This document shows, piece after piece, positions 33,401 through 41,270 of a stretch of 56,374 nt of DNA. Position 1 is the first letter of the stretch, and every line of letters begins with the position of its first letter. This stretch comes from a virus: positions 1 to 56,374 of IMG/VR virus record IMGVR_UViG_3300045988_058758. One strand, given 5' to 3'. Below the pieces are notes generated by a model. The model saw only the letters and a program-made list of their open reading frames with translations. It made no database searches and was not told the origin of the DNA. The position numbers and the translations under genes are program-made.

Positions 33401-34923
33401 CTGTAAGCAATCAGTATACAACTCTTAATCAGACTGTTAATAGTATTTCAGCTACAGTTAATAGTCACACTTCACAAATTGCTACAAAAGCAGATAACAG
33501 CACTATAACAACAATTAACAACAAGGTTACATCTTTGACATCTGATTTAAGTGGGTTTAAGACTACTGTCAGTAACACATATGCAACAAAGAATAGCTTA
33601 AGTAATTACGCAACGACAACTGCTATGAACTCTGCTATATCTCAATCTGCTAATAGTATAACTCAATCGGTATCTGCTACTTATGCGACAAAAAGTAGCC
33701 TTTCTTCTTATGCAACTACGGCTAGTTTATCTGCTTATATAGCTAAAACTGATACTGGTACGCTTAAAAGTTGTATTGAAGCTATTGCAGATACAATTAA
33801 CATTACTGCAAGAGGCGGTCTTAATTTAAGTGGCAACAGGTTTACGTTAAACAGCACGAATACCAGCATTACGGCAGACGGAACTATAACTTGCAAAAAC
33901 TTTGTTGGAAATGGCGGTACAATAGGCGGCTGGAATATCAATTCTACTTCTATTTACAGCGATTACAAATACGACCCTAGTGTGGGTTATGGCTTATACA
34001 GAGTGTCGTTAGATAAATCGACTGGAAGCGATTCAAAGGTTATGTCTGTCAGAGCTACAGTTAAAGATAATGTGTTTAACTATCCATTTTATGTTAGAAG
34101 CGATGGATATATGTATTCGGTAAAAGGACAAATTAGTGGATTCCAATTTGATTCAAACAAGATGTCAAATGCAGTTTCTATATATTTATTACCGGACAAA
34201 GATGTGTTACATACCTTGCGAAATGCCATTGTAAACAATACAACATCGCAACTCGCATTAAGTCAATACGACCTAAATGGAAGTGGCAAAGTTGATTTGA
34301 CTGATTTTGTAGTAGCGAAAAATTATGTTTTAGGAACGCAGACAGAAACTGATTTTAGTAAGTGGAAGTATGCAAAAAAAAGTGACATAACATATAAGCT
34401 TAACCCTTCTGACGTTAAGAACGCTTTGAGCATTTCAGGTACGGATATTTGGGGCAAAACAAGGCAAACTACATTAGGAATAGGGACATTATATAGTAAT
34501 GAAATTAGTTGCGACAACTTGATTGTTAAAGACCCTGTAGACTATTCAACTTTTAACACATTTTTAAATACAATAAATGTCAAAGAAACATCAACATCAA
34601 TAGATTTAGAAAACTTTGTACGCAACTACACTATCAAAGGCAATGGAATGTTAGTTGTCAATATATCAATTTGGACGGACGTTAAAGATGATTACGGAAC
34701 TACTACGGCAAAAATATACATTGACGGAAATTGTGTTATGAATAACCGCAACAGATTGGCAAATAGCCACCCGTCAGAACTTGCAGGCGGTGCTACATTT
34801 GTTTGGTGGTTTAATGACAATGCAACGCACAGAATCAAACTTGAAGCTGGTTCAACTAAAGAGGGCACAAAGACTTATACACAATCTATTCAAGCGCTTT
34901 TTGGATTACAAATATCAACGTAA
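30424..34923 (+). CDS. Tail tip / tail fibre host-recognition protein (1499 aa)
   Basis: N-terminus like phage minor structural/tail proteins; long NLNA/KANKL coiled repeats; CBM-like LEKGNKATDWSPAPED; dockerin-like loop. Confidence 0.75.
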   Translation: MKILDTAITEIVKGNSARYYSKYIVDGKEYTNTLNKFNFQNITNPNNEITIGNTCASSVTFSIYMPQVSLENKEITIYEGVKVSNEIKHIKLGTFTVSKQTSNGEYTSYEAYDKMYKADMPYSSDLVFPSTDKAILTEICGKLGISLATNIVTAHTVSDKPQGYTMREIIGYMAMLQGCNAVINADGNLELRWYKDSGYVLDGHKYYQQGVTFTTSKDFIIQKLTCNNTKSGDKETSTITSGSGATGLSFTNPFMTQAVLDEVHKKIGGFQFRPLTVKFVGDWRLEPGDIITVNKGGVDYKVPIMQITHECDGGLMDTVTSIGQSDTENSNIASGPITKQMERYYANLLVVNKALINKLDVDTAKITYATITNLNATNANIDALKANKLDASYADIINANVESLKAANAEITQLKANSLTVDIADLKYAQIDFANVKGQVIGTSLIKDGAVTNEKVQNLSANKLTAGTIDASKITVTNLNADNITVGTINGKRIGTGSLSLDKLSEEVPTKEYLDKVQEELQGQIDGNIETFTKTEIPTLNNEPAVNWTDNATRKKHIGDICYVVNPTSSADGYSYRFANTGTEQAPVYEWVLIKDSDVTKALQDIININGEITGIKKFNVEISSWKTDTDSELSSLKTRTTSLETDMGNKVDTTTFNKVKQTVDENSSTITKMSETLSKKADSGTVTTLSNTVNSIKQTTDSNTSSISSLTTTVTKVESTANNASKTASEAKTAASKAETAASNSATNASAAVSTANTAKSTADSAKSTATAANNTANTAKSTADSALSKVNTLTTTVTNQGSSITQLQGSITNKVWKQDITTAVNDIQIGGTNLIRNSNFFQKDAYWAYDTGTGTIISDNSVIGNVLVFKPTGGHLRVFANTRNVWVANEIYTVSFYAKASVANTTITPSRSIADSASAVTLTTTWKRYTGTIRSTATSDSGSLSFSVNNINATYYIAAVKLEKGNKATDWSPAPEDVDSSISTVDNKVTTVSNQYTTLNQTVNSISATVNSHTSQIATKADNSTITTINNKVTSLTSDLSGFKTTVSNTYATKNSLSNYATTTAMNSAISQSANSITQSVSATYATKSSLSSYATTASLSAYIAKTDTGTLKSCIEAIADTINITARGGLNLSGNRFTLNSTNTSITADGTITCKNFVGNGGTIGGWNINSTSIYSDYKYDPSVGYGLYRVSLDKSTGSDSKVMSVRATVKDNVFNYPFYVRSDGYMYSVKGQISGFQFDSNKMSNAVSIYLLPDKDVLHTLRNAIVNNTTSQLALSQYDLNGSGKVDLTDFVVAKNYVLGTQTETDFSKWKYAKKSDITYKLNPSDVKNALSISGTDIWGKTRQTTLGIGTLYSNEISCDNLIVKDPVDYSTFNTFLNTINVKETSTSIDLENFVRNYTIKGNGMLVVNISIWTDVKDDYGTTTAKIYIDGNCVMNNRNRLANSHPSELAGGATFVWWFNDNATHRIKLEAGSTKEGTKTYTQSIQALFGLQIST

Positions 34924-34955
34924 TACAAATCAAATGGAATCGGATATTAGCAATT

Positions 34956-34981
34956 AAGGACATCTTCGGGTGTCCTTTTTT
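34956..34981 (+). terminator. Rho-independent terminator
   Basis: AAGGACA-TCTTCGGG-TGTCCTT followed by T5. Confidence 0.75.
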
Positions 34982-35006
34982 AATACAAATTAGGAGGTAA
35001 AACACA

Positions 35007-35306
35007 ATGTTAGACATCAACTCATCAATTCAGAAAAATGGAACACTATCTGTTCAAAATTCAGACGGAACACTTAAACAGGTGGCTTATCTGTCAGCTA
35101 CAATCAGCGAAAGTGGCACAGTTAGTATGTCAGCCAGCTTTAATGATTTTGCGGCATACTTAGCAAATGATACAGCACTAGACAGCGAGCTTAAGAGCTT
35201 CCTTGATGGTGTTAAAAACACTTACAAGGCAACATACAGCACAGAAGATAACACAATCAGTTCAGATGTAAATATAACAGGAACAGTAGAAAGTGAGGTA
35301 TTTTAG
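35007..35306 (+). CDS. Hypothetical protein
   Basis: RBS AGGAGG. Confidence 0.55.
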   Translation: MLDINSSIQKNGTLSVQNSDGTLKQVAYLSATISESGTVSMSASFNDFAAYLANDTALDSELKSFLDGVKNTYKATYSTEDNTISSDVNITGTVESEVF

Positions 35307-35307
35307 T

Positions 35308-36414
35308 ATGATTAAGTGTGGAGATTTTTCAGCGTGGAATGGTGATGTTAATTGGGATAGGGTTAAAGCGGCAGGACTTACTCACGCTGTCCTTAAAGTT
35401 ATCAGACGTGATTTTGACCCAGATAAGCAGTTTGAAAACAACTGGAAAGGTTGCCAGTTAGCAGGTATGCATATCTGCGGTGTATATAACTATGTATACA
35501 CGCCGACAGTAGAAGAAGCTATTGCGGCGGCTAAAAGAGTATTAGAGGTGCTTGACGGACGTAAGGTAACTGTCTGGATGGACGTTGAAGATGAATGTAT
35601 GCGAAACTTAGGTTCAGAACTTATCGACATTATCAAGGCTTACAAAGAGGTTATCGAGAGTGCAGGTTATCAGTTTGGTGTGTATACTGGCTTATCATTC
35701 TATGGTAGCTACATCAAACCTTATACAAACCCTAGCGACTTAGATTGTCCGTTCTGGATAGCACGTTATTACTTAGGCTATGATGAAATGCAGTTAAATG
35801 ATGATGTTAATGCAGATAAGACACCCAGTATCGACCATTATCTTGCGGGGTGGCAGTATACTTCTAGCGCAAGAATTGACGGTGTAGACGGAGTTTGCGA
35901 CTTATCAGAATTTTATGGTTTCCACAATGATGAAGATAACGCAGAGGATAACAGCGAAGAGGATAACGCAGAGGATAGCACAGATGAACACGTATATGCT
36001 ACATATGCCGCTTATACAGACCGCTGGTGGGGCGAAGTAGAGGACAGAGAAGATTGGGCTGGTGCAGGTGACAATAAAGCTATTACAGCACTTATTGTTA
36101 AGGTCAGCAGAGGTTCAGTTAAGTACAGAGTTCATACACTTAATGGCGATTGGCTTCCTTACGTTACTGGCTTTGATTATAATGATTTCAACAACGGCTT
36201 TGCAGGCGACCAGAAAACACCGATAGATGCCGTAGAAATCATCTACTATACACCAGAGGGTGAGCCTTGGAAGTACGCAAAGTATATGGTATCTGTATTC
36301 AACAATAGAAACTTCTATCCAGAGCAGATAGATGATGAAACATCTAACGGAATGGACGGATATGCAGGTGTTATGGGTAATGCTATCGACAAGTTTCAGT
36401 TAGTTGTCGAATAA
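35308..36414 (+). CDS. Endolysin: GH25 muramidase plus an unassigned C-terminal domain
   Basis: GDFSAWNGDVNWDRVKAAGLTHAVLKV ... WMDVED; acidic EDNAED linker repeats. Confidence 0.8.
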   Translation: MIKCGDFSAWNGDVNWDRVKAAGLTHAVLKVIRRDFDPDKQFENNWKGCQLAGMHICGVYNYVYTPTVEEAIAAAKRVLEVLDGRKVTVWMDVEDECMRNLGSELIDIIKAYKEVIESAGYQFGVYTGLSFYGSYIKPYTNPSDLDCPFWIARYYLGYDEMQLNDDVNADKTPSIDHYLAGWQYTSSARIDGVDGVCDLSEFYGFHNDEDNAEDNSEEDNAEDSTDEHVYATYAAYTDRWWGEVEDREDWAGAGDNKAITALIVKVSRGSVKYRVHTLNGDWLPYVTGFDYNDFNNGFAGDQKTPIDAVEIIYYTPEGEPWKYAKYMVSVFNNRNFYPEQIDDETSNGMDGYAGVMGNAIDKFQLVVE

Positions 36415-36440
36415 AGTCAAAATTACACGACCGAAAGTAT

Positions 36441-36469
36441 TTGAAATATACTAACAATAAATGTATAAT
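36441..36469 (+). promoter_or_regulatory. Promoter TTGAAA-17-TATAAT
   Basis: Spacing counted by hand. Confidence 0.55.
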
Positions 36470-36558
36470 AAACTTGTCTTTGAGAAAAGACCCTTAAACA
36501 TTTTCAAGTTCTGGCAGGCGATATTGTTTGATTGGCGTTGGCAATATCGCCGCTACAC

Positions 36559-36587
36559 TTGACACGATAGAACGTGTGTTCTATAAT
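36559..36587 (+). promoter_or_regulatory. Perfect consensus promoter TTGACA-17-TATAAT
   Basis: Both hexamers match consensus with a 17-nt spacer. Confidence 0.7.
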
Positions 36588-36637
36588 AATCGTATCGCTA
36601 TCAAACGTGCAAGGGCAAGAGAGGGGAGTGCAGGTTT

Positions 36638-36757
36638 ATGAGTAATGAGGAATACAGGCGAATAATAATAGAAACAGTCAATAACTGTAATAATAAAAGA
36701 TTTTTAAAGTTTTTATATGAATTAATTATATCATTCAAAAAGAAATGGGGCATTTAA
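36638..36757 (+). CDS. 39-aa ORF downstream of the consensus promoter
   Basis: RBS GAGGGGAG; ends in the shared GGGGCA/TGCCCC hairpin. Confidence 0.35.
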   Translation: MSNEEYRRIIIETVNNCNNKRFLKFLYELIISFKKKWGI

Positions 36758-37113
36758 TGCCCCTCTTTCTCATACCAATAGGCTATATTGTCAAATATAG
36801 TTTGTTGATGTTCTTTATTAAGTTTCATTAACTTCTTAACACTATCCAATATTTTCTTATCTGACATTAAGTCGGGAATGATATCAGCATTATCAGTAGA
36901 TAAATTATCTTCCCACCCCATTAAATATGATGGAGAAATATCAAGAATCTGTGCAGCAATCTGAATTTTATCACTTGGTATGTTTGTTACGGCATTGTTT
37001 TCATACTTATATAATGTCTGTTTAGAAACGCCCATCTTTTTAGCCAACTCTACTTGTGACATATTGTTAAGCTCTCTTTGTTCCTTAATCCTATCTCCAA
37101 CAGTTTTAATCAT
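36754..37113 (-). CDS. CI-like repressor (XRE-family HTH)
   Basis: MSQVELAKKMGVSKQTLYKYEN; RBS AAAGGAGG; divergent from the cro-like gene. Confidence 0.85.
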   Translation of the reverse strand: MIKTVGDRIKEQRELNNMSQVELAKKMGVSKQTLYKYENNAVTNIPSDKIQIAAQILDISPSYLMGWEDNLSTDNADIIPDLMSDKKILDSVKKLMKLNKEHQQTIFDNIAYWYEKEGH

Positions 37114-37144
37114 TAGTGTTTCCTCCTTTCTTATCGGTAACTTG

Positions 37145-37172
37145 ATTATAGCACAAAAAAGTTACAAGTCAA
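37145..37172 (-). promoter_or_regulatory. Leftward promoter TTGACT-16-TATAAT (TG-extended) for the repressor gene
   Basis: Read on the minus strand. Confidence 0.6.
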
Positions 37173-37179
37173 GAAAAAA

Positions 37180-37196
37180 ATAACTTGACAAGTTAC
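37180..37196. promoter_or_regulatory. Operator ATAACTT-GAC-AAGTTAC
   Basis: 17-bp inverted repeat. Confidence 0.65.
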
Positions 37197-37212
37197 TTTT
37201 GCGGTGTATAAT
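37185..37212 (+). promoter_or_regulatory. Rightward promoter TTGACA-16-TATAAT (TG-extended)
   Basis: Overlapped by the operator at 37180-37196. Confidence 0.65.
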
Positions 37213-37216
37213 AAGA

Positions 37217-37233
37217 GTAACTTCAAAAGTTAC
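37217..37233. promoter_or_regulatory. Operator GTAACTT-CAA-AAGTTAC
   Basis: Perfect 7-bp arms. Confidence 0.7.
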
Positions 37234-37256
37234 GAAGTTGGAAAGGAGATGAGAAG

Positions 37257-37484
37257 ATGGTTGATACAAATAAGCTTCGTGGGATTATTGCTGAAAACGG
37301 AAAAACGCAGACAGAAGTTGCACAAATGATAGGTGTAACACCCAAGACTTTCTATTTACGAATGCACAAGGGCGTTTTTGGCAGTAACGAAATTCAGATT
37401 ATGATTGATAATTTGAATATTGAAAATCCTATGGAGATTTTTTTTGCAAAGAAAGTAACTTCACAAGTTACTGAAAAGGAGTAA
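37257..37484 (+). CDS. Cro-like HTH regulator
   Basis: KTQTEVAQMIGVTPKTFYLRM; position. Confidence 0.7.
   Translation: MVDTNKLRGIIAENGKTQTEVAQMIGVTPKTFYLRMHKGVFGSNEIQIMIDNLNIENPMEIFFAKKVTSQVTEKE
37455..37471. promoter_or_regulatory. Third operator copy GTAACTT-CAC-AAGTTAC, inside the 3' end of the cro-like gene
   Basis: Perfect 7-bp arms. Confidence 0.6.
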
Positions 37485-37486
37485 GA

Positions 37487-37744
37487 ATGAGTAAAATTAA
37501 AAAATGTGTAAGCATATTTTTGAATAAGCATTTTGTGAAATGGAAATTTTTACAGAGTACATTTGTTATTCCATTTCAAAAAAATGGGAAGATGTATTTG
37601 CATATTTCACAGGTTTGTGAAAACGGAACAAGAGTTATAAAAAGAACTTTCCTCATTGAGCATTTGGTTGATGATAACTTGGCGGTTACGAACCAAACAC
37701 TCGCAGAGGAAGAAAGAGTGTTTAAAAACCCTACATTATTTTAA
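37487..37744 (+). CDS. Hypothetical protein
   Basis: RBS AAGGAG. Confidence 0.5.
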   Translation: MSKIKKCVSIFLNKHFVKWKFLQSTFVIPFQKNGKMYLHISQVCENGTRVIKRTFLIEHLVDDNLAVTNQTLAEEERVFKNPTLF

Positions 37745-37907
37745 TCCATGTAGTATATCCACACTCATCGCACTCTGGTAATGTTTCACCACGATGTTTT
37801 ATAGAAACAATTCCGTTGTCGTTTTCGTTACCACACTGCATACATACATATGTACCACAGTTTACAGTGTCGTATGTACTAAATGTTTCAGAGTAATGAT
37901 TATCCAT
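37731..37907 (-). CDS. 58-aa Zn-ribbon (rubredoxin-like) protein
   Basis: Not in the ORF track; RBS AGAGGTG; CGTYVCMQC ... CDEC. Confidence 0.5.
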   Translation of the reverse strand: MDNHYSETFSTYDTVNCGTYVCMQCGNENDNGIVSIKHRGETLPECDECGYTTWIKIM

Positions 37908-37975
37908 ATTTTCACCTCTTTTCTCAATAGAATAAGAGGATTATATCACAAATTACAGATTGAGAGGTAATAACA

Positions 37976-38377
37976 ATGAATGAAGTTCAGATTGATTTAT
38001 TAAAAAACTATATACTTGAGGATTTAGAAAAAGCAAGAAAAAGCGACATATCTGCAAAAGAAAAGGCAGAATTAGAAATTTCAGCTTTAAGAGCACTTGT
38101 AGAGCTAGAAAACAGTCCGGTAGCCGCAAGAATTGACAAGGCTTATGAAGCTTTTACGACACAGCAGAATAAAATAGATATTAATAAAAATTTTTATGAT
38201 AAGGTTACTGAATATTGCAACGAAAAGAAAATGCCAATATCAGTATTTGAGAAAATGTGCAGCATTGGTAATGGAACGTGTGGTCGTTGGAAAGATAGTA
38301 TGTCATCTCCAACATTAACTACTATACAGAAGATTGCAGAAGCAACAAAAATTCCGATTGAAAAATGGGTTAGATAA
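37976..38377 (+). CDS. Protein with a C-terminal XRE-like HTH
   Basis: PTLTTIQKIAEATKIPIEKWV. Confidence 0.5.
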   Translation: MNEVQIDLLKNYILEDLEKARKSDISAKEKAELEISALRALVELENSPVAARIDKAYEAFTTQQNKIDINKNFYDKVTEYCNEKKMPISVFEKMCSIGNGTCGRWKDSMSSPTLTTIQKIAEATKIPIEKWVR

Positions 38378-38391
38378 GAAAGGGTATATTT

Positions 38392-39114
38392 ATGGAGTTA
38401 CAGATTTTTAGCAATTCAGAGTTTGGAGAAATCCGAACCATTACTAAAGATGATGAACCTATGTTCTGCTTGGCTGATGTGTGCAAGGCATTGGAAATAT
38501 CAAATGTAGGAAATGTTAAGCAGAGGTTATCTGAAAAGGGTATCCATACTGCGGATACCCTTACAAAGGGTGGAATGCAGAAGATGATATTTATTAGCGA
38601 GGCTAATCTTTACAAGACAATCTTTCAGAGCCGTAAAGAAAGTGCAGAGAGATTTACAGATTGGGTTACAGGAGAAGTCCTTCCGTCAATCAGAAAGACG
38701 GGCAGTTATGGTATGCCAAAGACAACAGGCGGTCAGATACAGCTTTTAGCACAGGGTTATACAGAACTTGAACAGGCTGTTAACTCTATCAAAGAAGATA
38801 TGACAGAGCTTAAGGATAACACACCTCTTTACGGCTGTGAGATTGATGAGGTCAAACAGCACGTTAATAGAAAAGGCGTAATTGTACTTGGCGGCAAGGA
38901 TAGCGAAGCTTATAAGAATGGCAGTATTCGCAGTTCAGTATATTCTGACATATATAAGCAGTTAAAACGTGAGTTTGGTTGCGTAACAACATATAAGAGC
39001 ATAAGAAGAAAGTACATTGATAATGTACACAAGTTTATAGATGATTATGCGTTGCCTATGGCACTTGCTGAACAGGTAAAAGAAGCTAATGCACAGATAA
39101 GTATGAGTTTTTAA
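38392..39114 (+). CDS. Antirepressor (BRO-N domain plus ORF6C-like C-terminus)
   Basis: FSNSEFGEIRTITKDDEPMFCLADVCKALE. Confidence 0.75.
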   Translation: MELQIFSNSEFGEIRTITKDDEPMFCLADVCKALEISNVGNVKQRLSEKGIHTADTLTKGGMQKMIFISEANLYKTIFQSRKESAERFTDWVTGEVLPSIRKTGSYGMPKTTGGQIQLLAQGYTELEQAVNSIKEDMTELKDNTPLYGCEIDEVKQHVNRKGVIVLGGKDSEAYKNGSIRSSVYSDIYKQLKREFGCVTTYKSIRRKYIDNVHKFIDDYALPMALAEQVKEANAQISMSF

Positions 39115-39129
39115 GGAAAGGATTAAGAG

Positions 39130-39270
39130 TTGGAAAGATTGATAAAAGAATTAATCCAGATTGAAAAGAAAAGAAATTCCTTGCTTGCAGAACTAAACGA
39201 AAATTTAAAGAAACTGACAAGCAAGGAAGATAAGCATTGTGAGTATGAAACTGGTAAAACAGCACTTTAG
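39130..39270 (+). CDS. 46-aa coiled-coil ORF (TTG start)
   Basis: Weak; not in the ORF track. Confidence 0.2.
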   Translation: MERLIKELIQIEKKRNSLLAELNENLKKLTSKEDKHCEYETGKTAL

Positions 39271-39282
39271 AAAGGAACAGGA

Positions 39283-39462
39283 ATGAGAGAACCATACACG
39301 ATTAAAGGTGACGAACAGCAAAGAAGTTTGCAAGACTATGTAGAACAGATCGCTTTAGGTATTGCTGATGATGTAATAAAAGGTGAGAAAAATGAGACAG
39401 TACAGAGCGAATGTAGAGTCCTCAATTCCCTCACCAATGCTTTATTAGTAATTAAATGCTAA
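39283..39462 (+). CDS. 59-aa hypothetical protein
   Basis: RBS AAAGGA; not in the ORF track. Confidence 0.35.
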   Translation: MREPYTIKGDEQQRSLQDYVEQIALGIADDVIKGEKNETVQSECRVLNSLTNALLVIKC

Positions 39463-39635
39463 TAACCAATATGAAAAGGATTACTGATTGCTGTCGCTTT
39501 AGCTGGCTGCGGTTTGATAGTACTCATAAATTCATCATAGTATTTGCGATACTCTTCTTTGAATTTAGATACATCGCCTTGATAGCCACATATTTTAGCA
39601 AGAGCATAAAATTCAGCAAGCTTTGAGTTATCCAT
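39459..39635 (-). CDS. 58-aa hypothetical protein
   Basis: Shares its 5' control region with the 37731-37907 minus-strand gene. Confidence 0.45.
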   Translation of the reverse strand: MDNSKLAEFYALAKICGYQGDVSKFKEEYRKYYDEFMSTIKPQPAKATAISNPFHIGY

Positions 39636-39704
39636 TAAATCACCTCTTTTCTATAGAGAGATAAAGGGATTATATCACAATTTTTTTAAAATAAGGAGAA
39701 GTTT

Positions 39705-39893
39705 ATGGAAGATATACAGGCAACACCACAGTATAGCATATCAATAGAAGAATTGATAGCAGAAAGAAACAATTTAGAAGTCTTTATTGCGGCATACAAG
39801 AAAGCGAAGAGAGACAGCAGGATAGCTGAATATTTATGGATGTTATCAGCAATATTATTTATTGCGTCAATGATATTTCAGCTTATTAATTAG
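39705..39893 (+). CDS. Small protein with a C-terminal transmembrane helix
   Basis: RBS AAGGAG. Confidence 0.5.
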   Translation: MEDIQATPQYSISIEELIAERNNLEVFIAAYKKAKRDSRIAEYLWMLSAILFIASMIFQLIN

Positions 39894-39910
39894 AAAGGAG
39901 TTTTAGCAGA

Positions 39911-40192
39911 TTGATATTTATTATTTCTGAAAAAGGCGAAAGAGAGCAGATTAATGAGGTAGAAAAACTTGAAATCCTGGCACACATTGGCAGAAGAACA
40001 AGTTACCTCTTAGGAAGAAATAAGCATTGTGAGCCATTAAGAAGCATGGTTGTAAGAGACATTTTAGGGCAGTTAAAGCACGAATACGGGTGTGGTTTGA
40101 GCGAGCTTAAAAAGAAGTACATAGCAGACACTCACGATTATATCGACTGCTATGAACTGCCTACAATAATGAAAGAGAGATATAAGCTATGA
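39911..40192 (+). CDS. ORF6C-domain protein
   Basis: LKHEYGCGLSELKKKYIADTHDYIDCYELP is paralogous to the C-terminus of the 38392 gene; TTG start. Confidence 0.45.
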   Translation: MIFIISEKGEREQINEVEKLEILAHIGRRTSYLLGRNKHCEPLRSMVVRDILGQLKHEYGCGLSELKKKYIADTHDYIDCYELPTIMKERYKL

Positions 40193-40341
40193 TACTAGGT
40201 TTTATAGCAGGAATAATATTCGGCATAATACTCACAACAGTTTGTGCCGTTATTGCAACAATAAGAACTAATGCAGAAGAAAGGAAAGAACAAGATGAAA
40301 CAGGTAAACGAAAAAGTAATAACAGTACAGGATTGCATTGA
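40189..40341 (+). CDS. 50-aa membrane peptide
   Basis: ATGA overlap; ILGFIAGIIFGIILTTVCAVIATI. Confidence 0.35.
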   Translation: MILGFIAGIIFGIILTTVCAVIATIRTNAEERKEQDETGKRKSNNSTGLH

Positions 40342-40429
40342 TATGTACGAGAAGAAAGATATGGTAACAGTTATAGACGGCGGCAAAGTTGTAGGGTTTG
40401 TTGAGAAAGGAGTAACAAATGATAAATAA
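40295..40429 (+). CDS. 44-aa hypothetical protein
   Basis: RBS GAAAGGAAAG. Confidence 0.3.
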   Translation: MKQVNEKVITVQDCIDMYEKKDMVTVIDGGKVVGFVEKGVTNDK

Positions 40430-41063
40430 TAACAGGACTTATATATTAGGAAAGGTTGCTAAAAAGCCGGTTTTTTCACACGAGATATGTGGTGAGGGAT
40501 TTTACCTCTTTTATATAGAGGTTTTAAGAAAGAGTGGGAGTACAGATACGCTTCCAGTAATTGTATCGGAAAGATTAATAAGTATTAATAGGCTTGATGT
40601 AGACAGAACTGTAGTAATTAACGGACAGATAAGGTCATACAACAAGCATACAGATAATGAGGAGCATAGTCATCTGATACTTAGTGTATTCGCCAGGGAA
40701 ATAGATGTGCTAGAAGATGTTGAAATTGATCCGGACGTAAATAATGCTGTTGAGATTGTAGGTCACTTATGCAAGCCGCCTATATACAGAAAAACTCCAT
40801 TAGGAAGAGATATTGCTGATATTCTTGTCGCAGTAAACAGACCATATGGCAAGTCAGACTATATACCTTGCATAGTTTGGGGCAGAACAGCTAAGTTTGT
40901 CGGTCACTTGCCAGTAGGAACACATATAGAAATGACAGGCAGGTTTCAGTCAAGACCTTATACAAAAAAGATAAGTGAAGATGAAATTGAAAACAGAGTA
41001 GCTTATGAGGTATCAGTAGGTAGAGTTGAGATTATAGAAGAAAAGGAGAATGCTGATGAATAG
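40419..41063 (+). CDS. Tandem-OB-fold SSB-like protein
   Basis: Two OB-like halves (ILGKV...PVIVSERL; VEIVGHL...IPCIVWGRTAKF). Confidence 0.45.
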   Translation: MINNNRTYILGKVAKKPVFSHEICGEGFYLFYIEVLRKSGSTDTLPVIVSERLISINRLDVDRTVVINGQIRSYNKHTDNEEHSHLILSVFAREIDVLEDVEIDPDVNNAVEIVGHLCKPPIYRKTPLGRDIADILVAVNRPYGKSDYIPCIVWGRTAKFVGHLPVGTHIEMTGRFQSRPYTKKISEDEIENRVAYEVSVGRVEIIEEKENADE

Positions 41064-41250
41064 TGATGTTACAGTTTCAGAATTAACCGCTATGGCAGCA
41101 GATAGCGAAAAGCGTTGTCAAGTATGGCATCCAGTCCAAGGTGTTATATTTGACGGCACGTTTGATGAACTTGACAGACGGCATTATCTTGCGGATAAGA
41201 CAGTTGATAACTTCTCAATAGAAGATGATGTATTCATTATGAATATATAA
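41056..41250 (+). CDS. Hypothetical protein
   Basis: RBS AAGGAG. Confidence 0.5.
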   Translation: MNSDVTVSELTAMAADSEKRCQVWHPVQGVIFDGTFDELDRRHYLADKTVDNFSIEDDVFIMNI

Positions 41251-41270
41251 ATAAGGAAAGGGTATTGTTT

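Noticed and set aside
30424-34923. Diversity-generating retroelement target in the tail fibre
   Set aside because: No reverse transcriptase gene and no template-repeat/variable-repeat pair could be found in the genome.
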